NCBI GenBank assembly: GCA_024704765.1
Contig: JAKMXF010000365.1
Coordinates: 620,001 to 684,000, forward strand
Origin: Oopsacas minuta
Taxonomy: Eukaryota; Animalia; Porifera
DNA length: 64,000 nucleotides
Direction: 5' to 3'
Positions 11,540 through 21,971 of this stretch are shown here, one piece after another. Position 1 is the first letter of the stretch; each line of letters opens with the position of its first letter. Under the pieces are notes generated by a model that was not told the origin of the DNA, made no database searches, and saw only the letters and a program-made list of their open reading frames with translations. The position numbers and the translations under genes were made by a program.

Positions 11540-12127
11540 GTAATCAATGCCAATATGTCAGGGGTGTGTCCTATATGTGGAAGCAAAGAGAAGAACATAG
11601 CTGTACACCTGCATGACAACCACGGACCGGCGAAACGTGGAGAGGTAGTGGCAGACTCTCTCTCACCCAAGACAGAATTCAACGGTTTCGCATTCTCAAT
11701 AGTCAGACGTTCTAACAAGTATCTTGTGGTGCAGGAATTCTTAGGACAGGGCTACTGGTTCCCAGCTGGTCGTGTGGACAGACACGAGACCTTCCATCAG
11801 GCAGCAGTAAGAGAAGCAAAGGAAGAAGCAGGAGTAGACATACAACTAACCGGGATACTAACTATACATCATTTCCCTCATTACTCGGAACGCCGTAAGA
11901 AACCAATCCTCGAGGTTTGTGTGTATTTCGTAGCACGCATGATAGATGAGAATCAACAACTTAAGACTACACCAGATTACGAGAGTGCAGGGGCGTGTTG
12001 GGTTACAGCAAATGAGTTATGTGACCTCCGTTTGAGAAATATAGATATACTAGCTATGACAAGACAAGTGGATTCAGGAACACCAATTTTACCGCTAAAA
12101 GCCTTGGACGTAATGCATCTATACTAA
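11012..12127 (+). CDS. Zinc-finger Nudix hydrolase, copy 2 (intronless)
   Basis: Intact Nudix box GRVDRHETFHQAAVREAKEEAGV. The N-terminal ~170 aa are identical to copy 1. Confidence 0.88.
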   Translation: MAIKRSPVPQLATCHVVICWPDDKLREVSLSLASYKQLECSIVSEGEGMIELERLVDRLKRNPESDLLLLLLIGPCGRERYTKMVPFLSKRIKLLSDTFVCLLDTYLSESAYKRLELADVGVNMVTSSVEQSERCVKQVLSYLLTRHQSSSTLTCPECGLARLGEDDLWNHFPLYHVINANMSGVCPICGSKEKNIAVHLHDNHGPAKRGEVVADSLSPKTEFNGFAFSIVRRSNKYLVVQEFLGQGYWFPAGRVDRHETFHQAAVREAKEEAGVDIQLTGILTIHHFPHYSERRKKPILEVCVYFVARMIDENQQLKTTPDYESAGACWVTANELCDLRLRNIDILAMTRQVDSGTPILPLKALDVMHLY

Positions 12128-12136
12128 TACGAAATA

Positions 12137-12200
12137 CAGTGAAACCTCCACAAACAGGGTGTCAGGAACGCCCCGTTCCCCCTTTGTGGAGGTTTCACTG
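12137..12200. mobile_element. 64-bp Tc1/mariner-pogo-type mini-MITE
   Basis: Perfect 18-bp TIRs CAGTGAAACCTCCACAAA / TTTGTGGAGGTTTCACTG flanked by TA on both sides. Confidence 0.8.
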
Positions 12201-12268
12201 TATGTATAGTAACTTAACCAGTAACAGAAGTTATGTATTATACCGTATATATTAACTTTGAATAGAAA

Positions 12269-14203
12269 CTAATATTCAGGATTTGTAGTTGAATCTTGGT
12301 GAGGTTTAAATTTAAAAAATGCTATACCCTTCCTCGCCTTCTCCACAAGAACCTTAAGTTTTTCCATGTTTTGGTCTCGTTTAGCATTGAATTGTTTGAT
12401 TCCCTGTAAGTTTCCACTACCAGCACAAACAATAAACATAGTACCAGGACTAGCTCTATTGAATAATACTTCAATAAGTTGTAACATGCTAGCTAGTAGC
12501 TTCCTTACCTCTTCGCTACTGACTTCCTTTCCTTCCTCGTACTCCTTCTTGCAGAAAGTATGGAAATCATGCATTTGTAGCCAAATAAAATCATAAGATT
12601 TTGAATTTAAACCTTCGATTGTATTAGAAACAATGCTATCGTCTCCAATAGCAAAACTGCACTTAACATTTTGAGTTTTTACATGTTTCCCTAGTAATGC
12701 CTGATGATCCACTAGTAAAGAGTTAACACCACAATATCCCATATAATCTACTATACTTCTCTTGTCTTCATGCCAGCTGACTGAATATTCAGGTCCTCGC
12801 TGTAATTTGGTTAATAATAGCTCCATACATACTTTAGCATCTTCTATAGAGTCGTGACCACATGGAGATGTCTGGATAGTTTTATTCAGCACTTCTTTGG
12901 CTAGAAATCTGAGACTAGGCTTAAATGTTGGAGTAGAAGTAGGTGTAAAAAGGAAGGTCGTATCAATAATGTGTGACACACAAAGCTTCATAACCTGTAG
13001 ATCATTCTCTAGAGAGTGACCTAGTAATATCGTTCTATCAGTTATTATATTTCTAATTTGAGAATATACGTCTTGTATACTGGTAGTAACACCAGCTAGC
13101 TTTTGCTTCGTAATACCACTGTATTGAGTTTTATAGTCAGTGATCTCTTCATCAGGTATTACAAAACTATCATACACACACTCTAGCTGTTGATTAACAA
13201 GAGATATTCTAGTGAGAGCTCTGCCACTAGCTGTATCACAGAACTCACAATCTAGTGCTAGTATAATTACAGTGTCGTCTGTCAGTTCATTAAACGGTAC
13301 TTGTTCTACTACCTCATAGTTAGGATGTGTTTGAAGAGAAGGGAACGAGTTTACATACATTTCTTCTTCAGTTAATAAGTAAGAGCATGTTACTCTACCA
13401 GGTGTTGGATCATGTTTAAATTTCTTTACCGTATTTTGATGATCTTGTATTAACAGTATCGCTTCATAGCCAGGGCGTACGAAGCGATCAGATCCCGGGT
13501 TCATGAAATGGAAGAGTTTTGTCGATTCAGAAGGAAATGTGACTTGGAATGCCGGCCAGTGTTCTTTCACTAGTTCGGGTGACACGTGTGCCATCCATAT
13601 GACAACCACTGATGACAGTGAGTGACAGTTGACATCTGGAACATCTCTACTGACTCGTAGTCTTAATAATTGAATTATTATATTCTGAAGATCTCGTATG
13701 GTAAACACAAATTTCTGTGTACTATGTTTATTCCTGATTATGTCGTTAACCAAACGAATATGTTGTTTGGGGGAAGTTAGGAGAGCAGTTAGATTGTAGA
13801 AGTGATTCAATTGGTTTTTCTCTACCGTATAGCTAACTGTTTGTTCTAGCAATTTCTGCTTCTCCTTCTCCTTCTTTCTGCGATTTTTAGCTTTTTTATG
13901 CCGCCTTTTTATGGCTAACTGTTGTCGTTGTGTAGAGAACAAGTAAGGAGTTTTATTTTTCCTATTTTTATCTTCTAACTGTAGTTCTTCTTCAGAACTT
14001 GAGCACTTAGGAGCTTCATTCTTACAATCTTCTAACTGTGGTTCTTCTTCAGAACTAGAGCACTCCCCTTCCTCTGAAGAGTTACTCCTCTTCCGTTTAT
14101 TAGCTCTCCTTTCCGGATCTAACTTAACCTCCATGCCTTCTGGATATTCTCCAGATGAACATTCTCCATCTTCTGGACCATCTATCGTGTTCTCTTCAGC
14201 CAT
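12269..14203 (-). CDS. REXO5: DEDDh RNA exonuclease, REXO5/Rex1(RNH70)-like, intronless
   Basis: ExoI LALDCEF, YKTQYSGIT, ExoII GHSLENDL, IIDT and ExoIII GHDSIEDA. The YLLTEEEM motif precedes the nuclease domain and the N-terminus is acidic/basic. Confidence 0.78.
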   Translation of the reverse strand: MAEENTIDGPEDGECSSGEYPEGMEVKLDPERRANKRKRSNSSEEGECSSSEEEPQLEDCKNEAPKCSSSEEELQLEDKNRKNKTPYLFSTQRQQLAIKRRHKKAKNRRKKEKEKQKLLEQTVSYTVEKNQLNHFYNLTALLTSPKQHIRLVNDIIRNKHSTQKFVFTIRDLQNIIIQLLRLRVSRDVPDVNCHSLSSVVVIWMAHVSPELVKEHWPAFQVTFPSESTKLFHFMNPGSDRFVRPGYEAILLIQDHQNTVKKFKHDPTPGRVTCSYLLTEEEMYVNSFPSLQTHPNYEVVEQVPFNELTDDTVIILALDCEFCDTASGRALTRISLVNQQLECVYDSFVIPDEEITDYKTQYSGITKQKLAGVTTSIQDVYSQIRNIITDRTILLGHSLENDLQVMKLCVSHIIDTTFLFTPTSTPTFKPSLRFLAKEVLNKTIQTSPCGHDSIEDAKVCMELLLTKLQRGPEYSVSWHEDKRSIVDYMGYCGVNSLLVDHQALLGKHVKTQNVKCSFAIGDDSIVSNTIEGLNSKSYDFIWLQMHDFHTFCKKEYEEGKEVSSEEVRKLLASMLQLIEVLFNRASPGTMFIVCAGSGNLQGIKQFNAKRDQNMEKLKVLVEKARKGIAFFKFKPHQDSTTNPEY

Positions 14204-14350
14204 TACTAGAATACTTCAACTAATATAATGGTAAATGTATTCAATAATAAATCTCGTATAATTAATAATTACATTAGTTAACTTAATATCTAAGGTATAT
14301 ACCACACACACAAACAATAAATTTAAGTGATCAGTTCGCCTACAATAGCA

Positions 14351-15909
14351 TCAATACCTCTGCTTACTCAGAGTACCAAATGTACAGGGTAGAGCAGGAT
14401 AAGCTGCTTGTGAGTGTGTATCAGCTTCAGAAGCATAAGCTAGGGTAGCTTGATGGAGACTAGAAGCTTTCTTCTCCAGAGAATGACGTATATAACTCTC
14501 ATCCTTAACAGCATGTAGATGTGCTTCTAATATTTGTATCTTCTTAGCCCAGGTGCGGTTAGATCGGGCCAGCTCCTTGTTGAGTGTATCAATGCTCTTT
14601 TTGTAATCATTCTCTCTCTCTTGTGCTTCTGTCAATGCAGTATTCAGATCTTGTTTGAGTAGATCGTCTCGTTCTTTTCTAATCTAAAACAATAAATGTA
14701 ATTATGCAGTAAGTAATGATATTGTTGTAAATCGTAAACCTTTTCTAACTCTTCCTGTACTTTCTTAACTTCTACTTGCATTTTAGCTCTCTCTTTCATT
14801 CTAACCTCTTCCATCATAGCATGAGACTCCTTGCTAGAGCTATTTTTAGCATTCTCCATCTCTTCATTAGCTTTATGTTGTATTAACGCTAGTTCTTTCG
14901 CCGCATCAGCTGATGACTTGGCTTTACCTTCATCTGCTTTTCTTTTGTATGTCTACTCAAAACAAACATTCGAATCCATTGCCTAATTCAGCTATATACG
15001 TACGTAGTTATATGTTACCTGGAATTCATTTTGAATTTTCTCCTTCTCTTTCTTTTCTCTCTTAACATCAGCTTGTACAGATTCGATCTTCCCTTCTAAC
15101 TTCCTACACACTAATTCCTTGTTTCTAACTTGTTCCTGCAGGATTTCTACTTTGTCATCAAGTCTGAGTATTTCACTCTTGAGACGTGTCCCCTCCTCTT
15201 CAGTGAGTCCTGTGTTCTCCTGGCTGGGCTTATGGTCTGGTACCTCCCAAGGTTGAAACTCCTCTTTAGCAGAAGCATCAGTTAGATCTCTTTTCAGTTG
15301 AGCAGTCTCCTTCTTCTCCAGAGTAAGTTGAGATTCTAACTCCAGTATCTTCTCAGATAGAGTAGTGTTATCTATTTTGAGATTGGCTAATTTGCTCTCA
15401 AGCCCACTCCCATCTCCAGCTGTTAGTTCCTCATAATACCGTCTACATGAATACAGCAATAAATCCATTATGAACTAATATAGTGTAATAGCATAATGCT
15501 AACATTGTTCTCACTTGTACTCTCCTGCAATCAGCTGTAACCCATCTCTGAGTTGTGTCTTAAAACTGTCCCTCAGTGTATCCAGCTCATCACCATGTTT
15601 AGCTTCTAAATCAATCAGTCTCTGTGAACAAGATCTGCTAAGTTCAAGACTCCTCTCTCTGAGCTTAGAATCAAACTTAGCTACTAACATATGCTTCATC
15701 AGTTTCAGGTCTTTCTCTAGCTCACGTGTGTCTCCGATTAGTTCACCTAAGTCATACTCAACAGCTTTGAGATCGGTGATGTACTCTTCATCTGTCTGTG
15801 TAGTTTTGTCACGAATTGTAGCCCAAGACTCTAGTTGTAGGGAGGGAGGTTGAGGGTGGTAAGTAAGGAGGGAAGAAAAATCCAAAGACTGTATATTTTC
15901 TTCCATCAA
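14351..15909 (-). CDS. C10orf67: C10orf67-like coiled-coil protein, multi-exon; 5' end uncertain (may extend to ~16060)
   Basis: DKTTQTD..LKLMKHMLVAKFDSKLRERSLEL..SFKTQLRDGLQLIAGEYK and the C-terminal WAKKIQILEAHLHAVKDESYIR resemble the two conserved C10orf67 blocks as recalled. Short GT-AG introns separate the ORF pieces. Confidence 0.7.
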
Positions 15910-16560
15910 TCTAATTATTATTATTATTGGGTAAAAGGAAAGAAACTATTACGTTTGAGAAGGAAAGCTATGTCGATTATCCAACGTTTATACACGTTAA
16001 TTAACGGTCCCATGGAGCAACTACATAGACTAAATTCTTAGTATTTTTGTGTGGTTCAGTCATCTGAAGATATAAAACATACACATTAATGCATTACTAA
16101 TATCGAGGTTGATAGTATAATAGGTATTGACTATTAGAATGCTATGGTATTGTGTTTCTTGAATTGATGGTCAAAATTTGCGATTATCAAAGAGTTATTA
16201 CAAGATGTACAATAAATCCCTGGGGTATTTTATTTTGGAAACCATTCAGTTTTCACAAGAGTGCTTTATCACTTTTCTTTCATAATAATAAACTCACAAA
16301 ATTACCTATTACGTCGCATGTTTCTATGTTTCAAAATATGAGTTCCATTAGGCTACTACTTAAAATACAATAATTCCCCAACTAACCGACTGTCTAGTAA
16401 CAACTATATGTCTATAAATATGTGTACTTTATGATAATATTCTCTAAAATACGAATTTATTGAAATAATAATGTCATTTTACGACTCCAATCAGAACTTG
16501 TATACAGTAAGCAAGATTCGTTCCTCATACACACCTCAATTGTACAAAAGAAGGAGCTCA

Positions 16561-19500
16561 ATGGCTAACAACATGGAGGCCAAGTTCGGTATGTTACGTC
16601 GCAGGCTAGACCAGCTGGGCTACAAACAACCGCTTGGTCTGGACGCTGTCCCCCTCGCTGAGCGGATGCTATGTGACCTGTTACACACGTCAGAGAGTCT
16701 AAAAGATGCGGAGAATAAGTTACACACTCATCAGAGAGAGCGTGACGTATTCACACAGCACGTAGAACCTTATAAACAGGATAATGCTAAGCTGGTACAG
16801 GAGAATAACACTCTACATTCACAGATCATAAAAGCTAAGGAGAGCAATGAGACTAAAATGAGAGAACTAAAATCTACCCTCAGACGAATGGATCACGAGA
16901 ATACAGACTTGAAATTCTTGAATAGTCAGTATCTGTCACGTGTCAAACAACAGGAGAGAGACTGTCAATCGAAGTCAGAGAAAATTAATCATCTTCAGGA
17001 GAAGAACCAATCAGCTGTTATTCAAACCCCCGGGGGTAGCAAGAGACAGATACCAGCACGTCGTCAGAGGATGGAGCTAGACAGCTTCTTACCCCCTCCT
17101 ATCCCCTCTCAATATCCTATGGACTCACCCCTCTCTACTCCTGATCCTGAGTTGATAGAGATTATGGGAGTAGCAGATGAGAAGATTAGTTCATTACAAA
17201 TACAGGTTAGTTATTATATTACGTAATTCCATTGCTCCAGATCAATTATGTTATATCTTTATGACAGATAGAACAGCTGCGCTCTAACAAATCAGAACAA
17301 GAACGTAGTAACGAGATACTGAGACATCATGTACATACACGAGAAAGGGAGATAGAGCGTCTCCAGGAACAGCTGACAGGTGGCAGACCTCCAGAGGTTG
17401 TAGCACTAGAAGCGAAGAGAGATGGAACAGATAAGACAATAGAACACATGAATATCCAGATAGAATTGCTACAGGAAGCTAATAAAGAGTTGGAAGAGAG
17501 ACTTGCTGGATCTACCGAACAAGAACATGTACTGGTTAAGGAAGCAGCAGAACTGGCAGAAAGGAATGCTGGATTACATAGAGAGTTAGAGAGCCTCAAA
17601 AAGCTTACACAAGTTAATCATAACAACTTACAGGTATACTTTTATATTACGTAATTAATAATAATGTTTATTGATTTTATGTGATATAGGGAGATCTGGA
17701 TAATGTTAATACAGAGGTAGAAGAACTAAAATGTAGATTAGAAGCATGTGAAGAGGCTAAGGAGCAGTTAGAAGTAGAATTCGCGGACAGTAACACTCAT
17801 TCAGACAGAATACAACAGGATAACGATAAGATGTTGGAGCTGTTAGCAGAGACAGAGTCTGATTGTCAAAATACAGCTAGACTTATTGAGAAGTTGGAGA
17901 CAGATAGAAGTGTTCTCAAAGACAGGTGATTATTTGTTCATTCTCTCACACTATTTCTCCCTAAAATTTTGGCTCAGGAATGATTTCAATATGTATTACA
18001 ATTGTTTAGATGTATGGAACTAGCACAAGCTAACCAAGAACTAGCTGCAGAACTTGACATAGCTAGTCAACAGCCTCAACTACCTACTGAACAACACGGA
18101 CTCATGTTACGTCTCAAGAAGATAGAGAGGGAGAGAGATCTTCTGAGGAAGGAGAGAGAGGAGAAAATAGTTGCTCCGTTCTCTCTCGCCGGAGAAGAAT
18201 CTCAAAGAGCTATAGCTCAGGAATTTATCAAGGTTGGAAGAGAAAGAGATCAACTCAAAAAGGTATTGACAATTTATGAATATTTCTTAATAGTTTTGTC
18301 TAATAGAATATTACTAAGAAACACAAATTATTAACGTTTATTGATGGCAAAGCGAATTTTTTCAGGTGGAATAATCTATTCAATTATTTGTAGTAAATTA
18401 ATCGGGTTTGTATTGGTAATTATACAACCTACTGGTCGCGTCATTAACATTCCCATTAATTTTATAATAATGTTATGCTCATGTCACTCTATTGGGACAC
18501 ATCAGTGAGGTAGTTTGTTCACATTAAGCCGAGTGACATGACTAATAGACAGAATAATTATTGCTTGTGGTATCTCTATGGACTGGATATATAAATCTGT
18601 TCCTGAAAAATACTCAAATTTTGTAAAAGAAAGCCACATTATTATTGTGTATAGAGAACTATTCCTTAGAAATCAATTCCTAATTGATAATAAATAATTT
18701 GATTATTTCTATATTAGAATGAATTATTGCATGATTATATTCTTTGATCACATGTTATACACAATAAAGTGTCTGATTATTAATTCGGCTAGATATGTTG
18801 TCGATAGCTAAAAGAACTTGCAGGTGTCCATTATAACTTTGGGTATATGATGAAATAATAGACAACAAACTATTTAAACTGTATACTAGTCGCGAAATTT
18901 CTCACATTTATAATAATTATCTAACATGTATACGTATCAGTATATTTTAGTATAGTTGTTACATGTCACGGGTCATATGTGATATCACTGCATATTCGCT
19001 ATCTAATAGAATCTAGATCGCTATATTATTCATATATAACCGATCTCATAGGCATTACAGGATATAGAGACTGAGATAGGAGATATTCAGAACCAGGTGA
19101 CACTACTTACTAAAGATAGAGATAATTACAAACTGCTATATGAACAGACTAGACTAGACAGAGACCATTCCCAAACAAGATCTCTCACAACACATCACTC
19201 ACCTCTAGCTAAGAATAACATAGTATCTGCTGAACTGGATATCGTTAGAGAGGAGAGAGACGCGTTAAGGGATATGCTCAAAGCAAAGGAGCAACAAGGT
19301 TAGTATTTGATTTAACCGACAGAGCCCAGACCTGTTATGATACACAAAATATAATTATAATTATATTAAAATTGTAAGAGTTTAGGTTTGCAAATTTCCT
19401 TTAATTGAATTCCTTTCAACTTGCTAGGTTATTCCAAGCTCCCGCCAGCTTGTCTTAATCTCATACTTACTCGTGAATATACATATTCAGTATATTATAT

Positions 19501-21477
19501 AGCTAATTATATGATTTTAAATACTTGTTTGATTCTCATCAGAACAATATCTCTACCACTAGCCAATAGTACATCCTCATAATACAACTGGTAGTGTATG
19601 ATAACATGTAAGAGAATTAACTGAGTGGTGTTATAGCCTTATAGGAATTGGACATATGTAGAGGCGGTATATACCTAGTCTAACTTGTTAAACCGTTTCA
19701 TAATATTATTTCTAGGAATTCCTTCGAGCAAATCTTTCTCTGTCGATCTGCTAACAAGTGCACATCAAAAGCTAGAGAAAGCTTTACAAGAGAGAGACAA
19801 TATGGGTAGGAGACTAGCAGAGATGCAGCAGGTTATACGAGCATTAGAATCTCAGTTGAAAGAGTTACCAGAACATGCACAAATAAACCAGGAGCTTTTC
19901 AAACTTAGTTTATTTGATCAGGAGAATTACGAATTGAATGCAGAGCTCAGTGCTACTCACTCTGTCAACTCAGAATTGGGAAGAGAAGTTGCTAAACTGA
20001 CAGATCTTGTAAAAGAGCTAGATACTGACAGAGACAATATACAGCATACTCTAGACACTAAGATTCTAGAATATGATCACTTGAAGGAAGAGATGGATGC
20101 TCAATTGCAGGTCAGTTTATAAAATATTTTAAGAGGGAAGGAGGTCAAGGGTATAATGGAAAAAGAGGACATTGTTTACATTGGGGGTAGTCCTGTCACT
20201 ATGAGCACAAAATTGAAGTAGTCCATCTAGTTTTAACGTCACGACAGTATTCACAGTATATCCTTGTTATTCCTTAATGTATCCTATTTAATTTAATATA
20301 ATATCCCTTATTAATATAGACTGAGAATACACTACGTGCTAGCATAGAAGACCTAAAGACAGAAGTTAGTGTTATAGGAGAAGGCATTAGAGAGAGAGAT
20401 AAAGAGATATTAAGTTTAACAGCACAAGTTGAAGAGTTCTCTGTTAAATTGTCTGCTATCAGTGAACTGAACTCTCGTCTCAATGAACAAGTCTCCAGTT
20501 TAAAAGAAGATCTATCTACTATGACTAAATACTACCAAGAGTGCCAAAGACAGCTACAGGAGAGTCTAGGACAGCGTTCTGGATTACAAGGAAGGGTAGG
20601 AGAGTTAGATAGATTGGTTGATCACTTCCAAGAAACAATAGCAGATAAGGAGAGAGAGAAAGCTAATCTAGTTAGCTCTGTTAGTCACGTGACTGCTGAA
20701 AGAGATCAACTAGACTCTACAGTACAACAAACTCTAACAGATCAATCTTCATTGCACTTAGAGATTGATGCTCTAAAAGCTGAGAGAGAGAGATTGGAAC
20801 AGCTGATACAACAACAGTCACATGAAATGCATCAAACTATGTCAGCGTTAGGTGTTTATGAACAACAACTGAGTGAAGTTACACAAGCACTAGCACAAAT
20901 GGAAGCTTTGTTAAGACAAGCTGAAGATGAGAAGAAAGCTCTTCTGAATGACCTTAACACTACTCGTGAGCTCTGTCATACTCTAGACAGTTCTAAGGAT
21001 AAACAGAGCAGACAACTAGCTGAAACTAGTATGGAGCGTGATCAGTATAAAGCCCAGATTGGCAGTCTCCGCAGTGAGGTAGAAGTTATCAGTAGGCAAC
21101 TACAGGAAGCTAATGGTAGAATCAGAGGATATGAAAGTCTATTATCTCAAAGCAGACAACATGTATTGGGTAGTGTACCCATACATCCGACACGCTCTAC
21201 TAGTTTTCAACCTGGACATGCCTTTCAGCCATTATCTACCTATTCAAACTCTTCTAAACATAATCAGAGCAGTCCCACACACTCTGATACCTCAAGAAAA
21301 TCATATTCCCCTCGTTCCCAAACAGAACAATCCCCTCCTATACACAGACATAGCAGAACTCAGTCTAAACACGATTCAAAGGATTTATTTGAAACTGAGA
21401 AAGACAGTATGCAAAGAGCGAGTGCTAAACTTGTTCATAAACTATCTCTGTCATCCAATACACCCGCACATACTTAA
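16561..21477 (+). CDS. CEP135: Centrosomal protein 135 (coiled coil), ~7 exons, ~1100 aa
   Basis: N-terminus KFGMLRRRLDQLGYKQPLGLDAVPLAERMLCDLLHTSESLK..PYKQDNAKLVQENNTLH. Approximate exons are 16561-17205, 17269-17631, 17690-17925, 18010-18261, 19032-19278, 19717-20109 and 20320-21477. Confidence 0.9.
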
Positions 21478-21971
21478 CTCTCTTCTGCTACATAGAATAT
21501 ATAGATATTGCTCTATAGAGTTCTTCGACCCAATTATTCTATCCATTTAAGAATAGACAAGTCACTTCCCATTACTATCAAGAATAAATTCGTATAAATA
21601 CCTTTAATGTAGAACACATTTTATTATTCAAATTACTAACTACGTATATTTTCAATTACGTCGAGTATACCCCGTCGCGTAGCGGCCAAATGCACTTAGA
21701 AATTCAGCTGGCTAACACTTAAGCTAACCTGAGGCACTAAGCTGTCCCGAAGCGCGCTAGTAATGAATAGTTCGGGACCATTACTACATACCTTCCTACG
21801 TATTTCGAAACCATCCATCTATTAGTTATTGGCACAAAATATAATCTGTTCTTATAGCTACAAATTTACATTTCTTATGCAGTTAATCAAACGAAATAAA
21901 ACACTATCCAGAAGTACATTTACACTCATTCATATACATTTATTTCTATATTCACAAACATATCTCTTATA

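Noticed and set aside
18479-18541. 11-bp inverted repeat TCATGTCACTC/GAGTGACATGA in a CEP135 intron (similar 12-bp imperfect pair near 49077-49130)
   Set aside because: Too short and without a clear TSD to call a mobile element.
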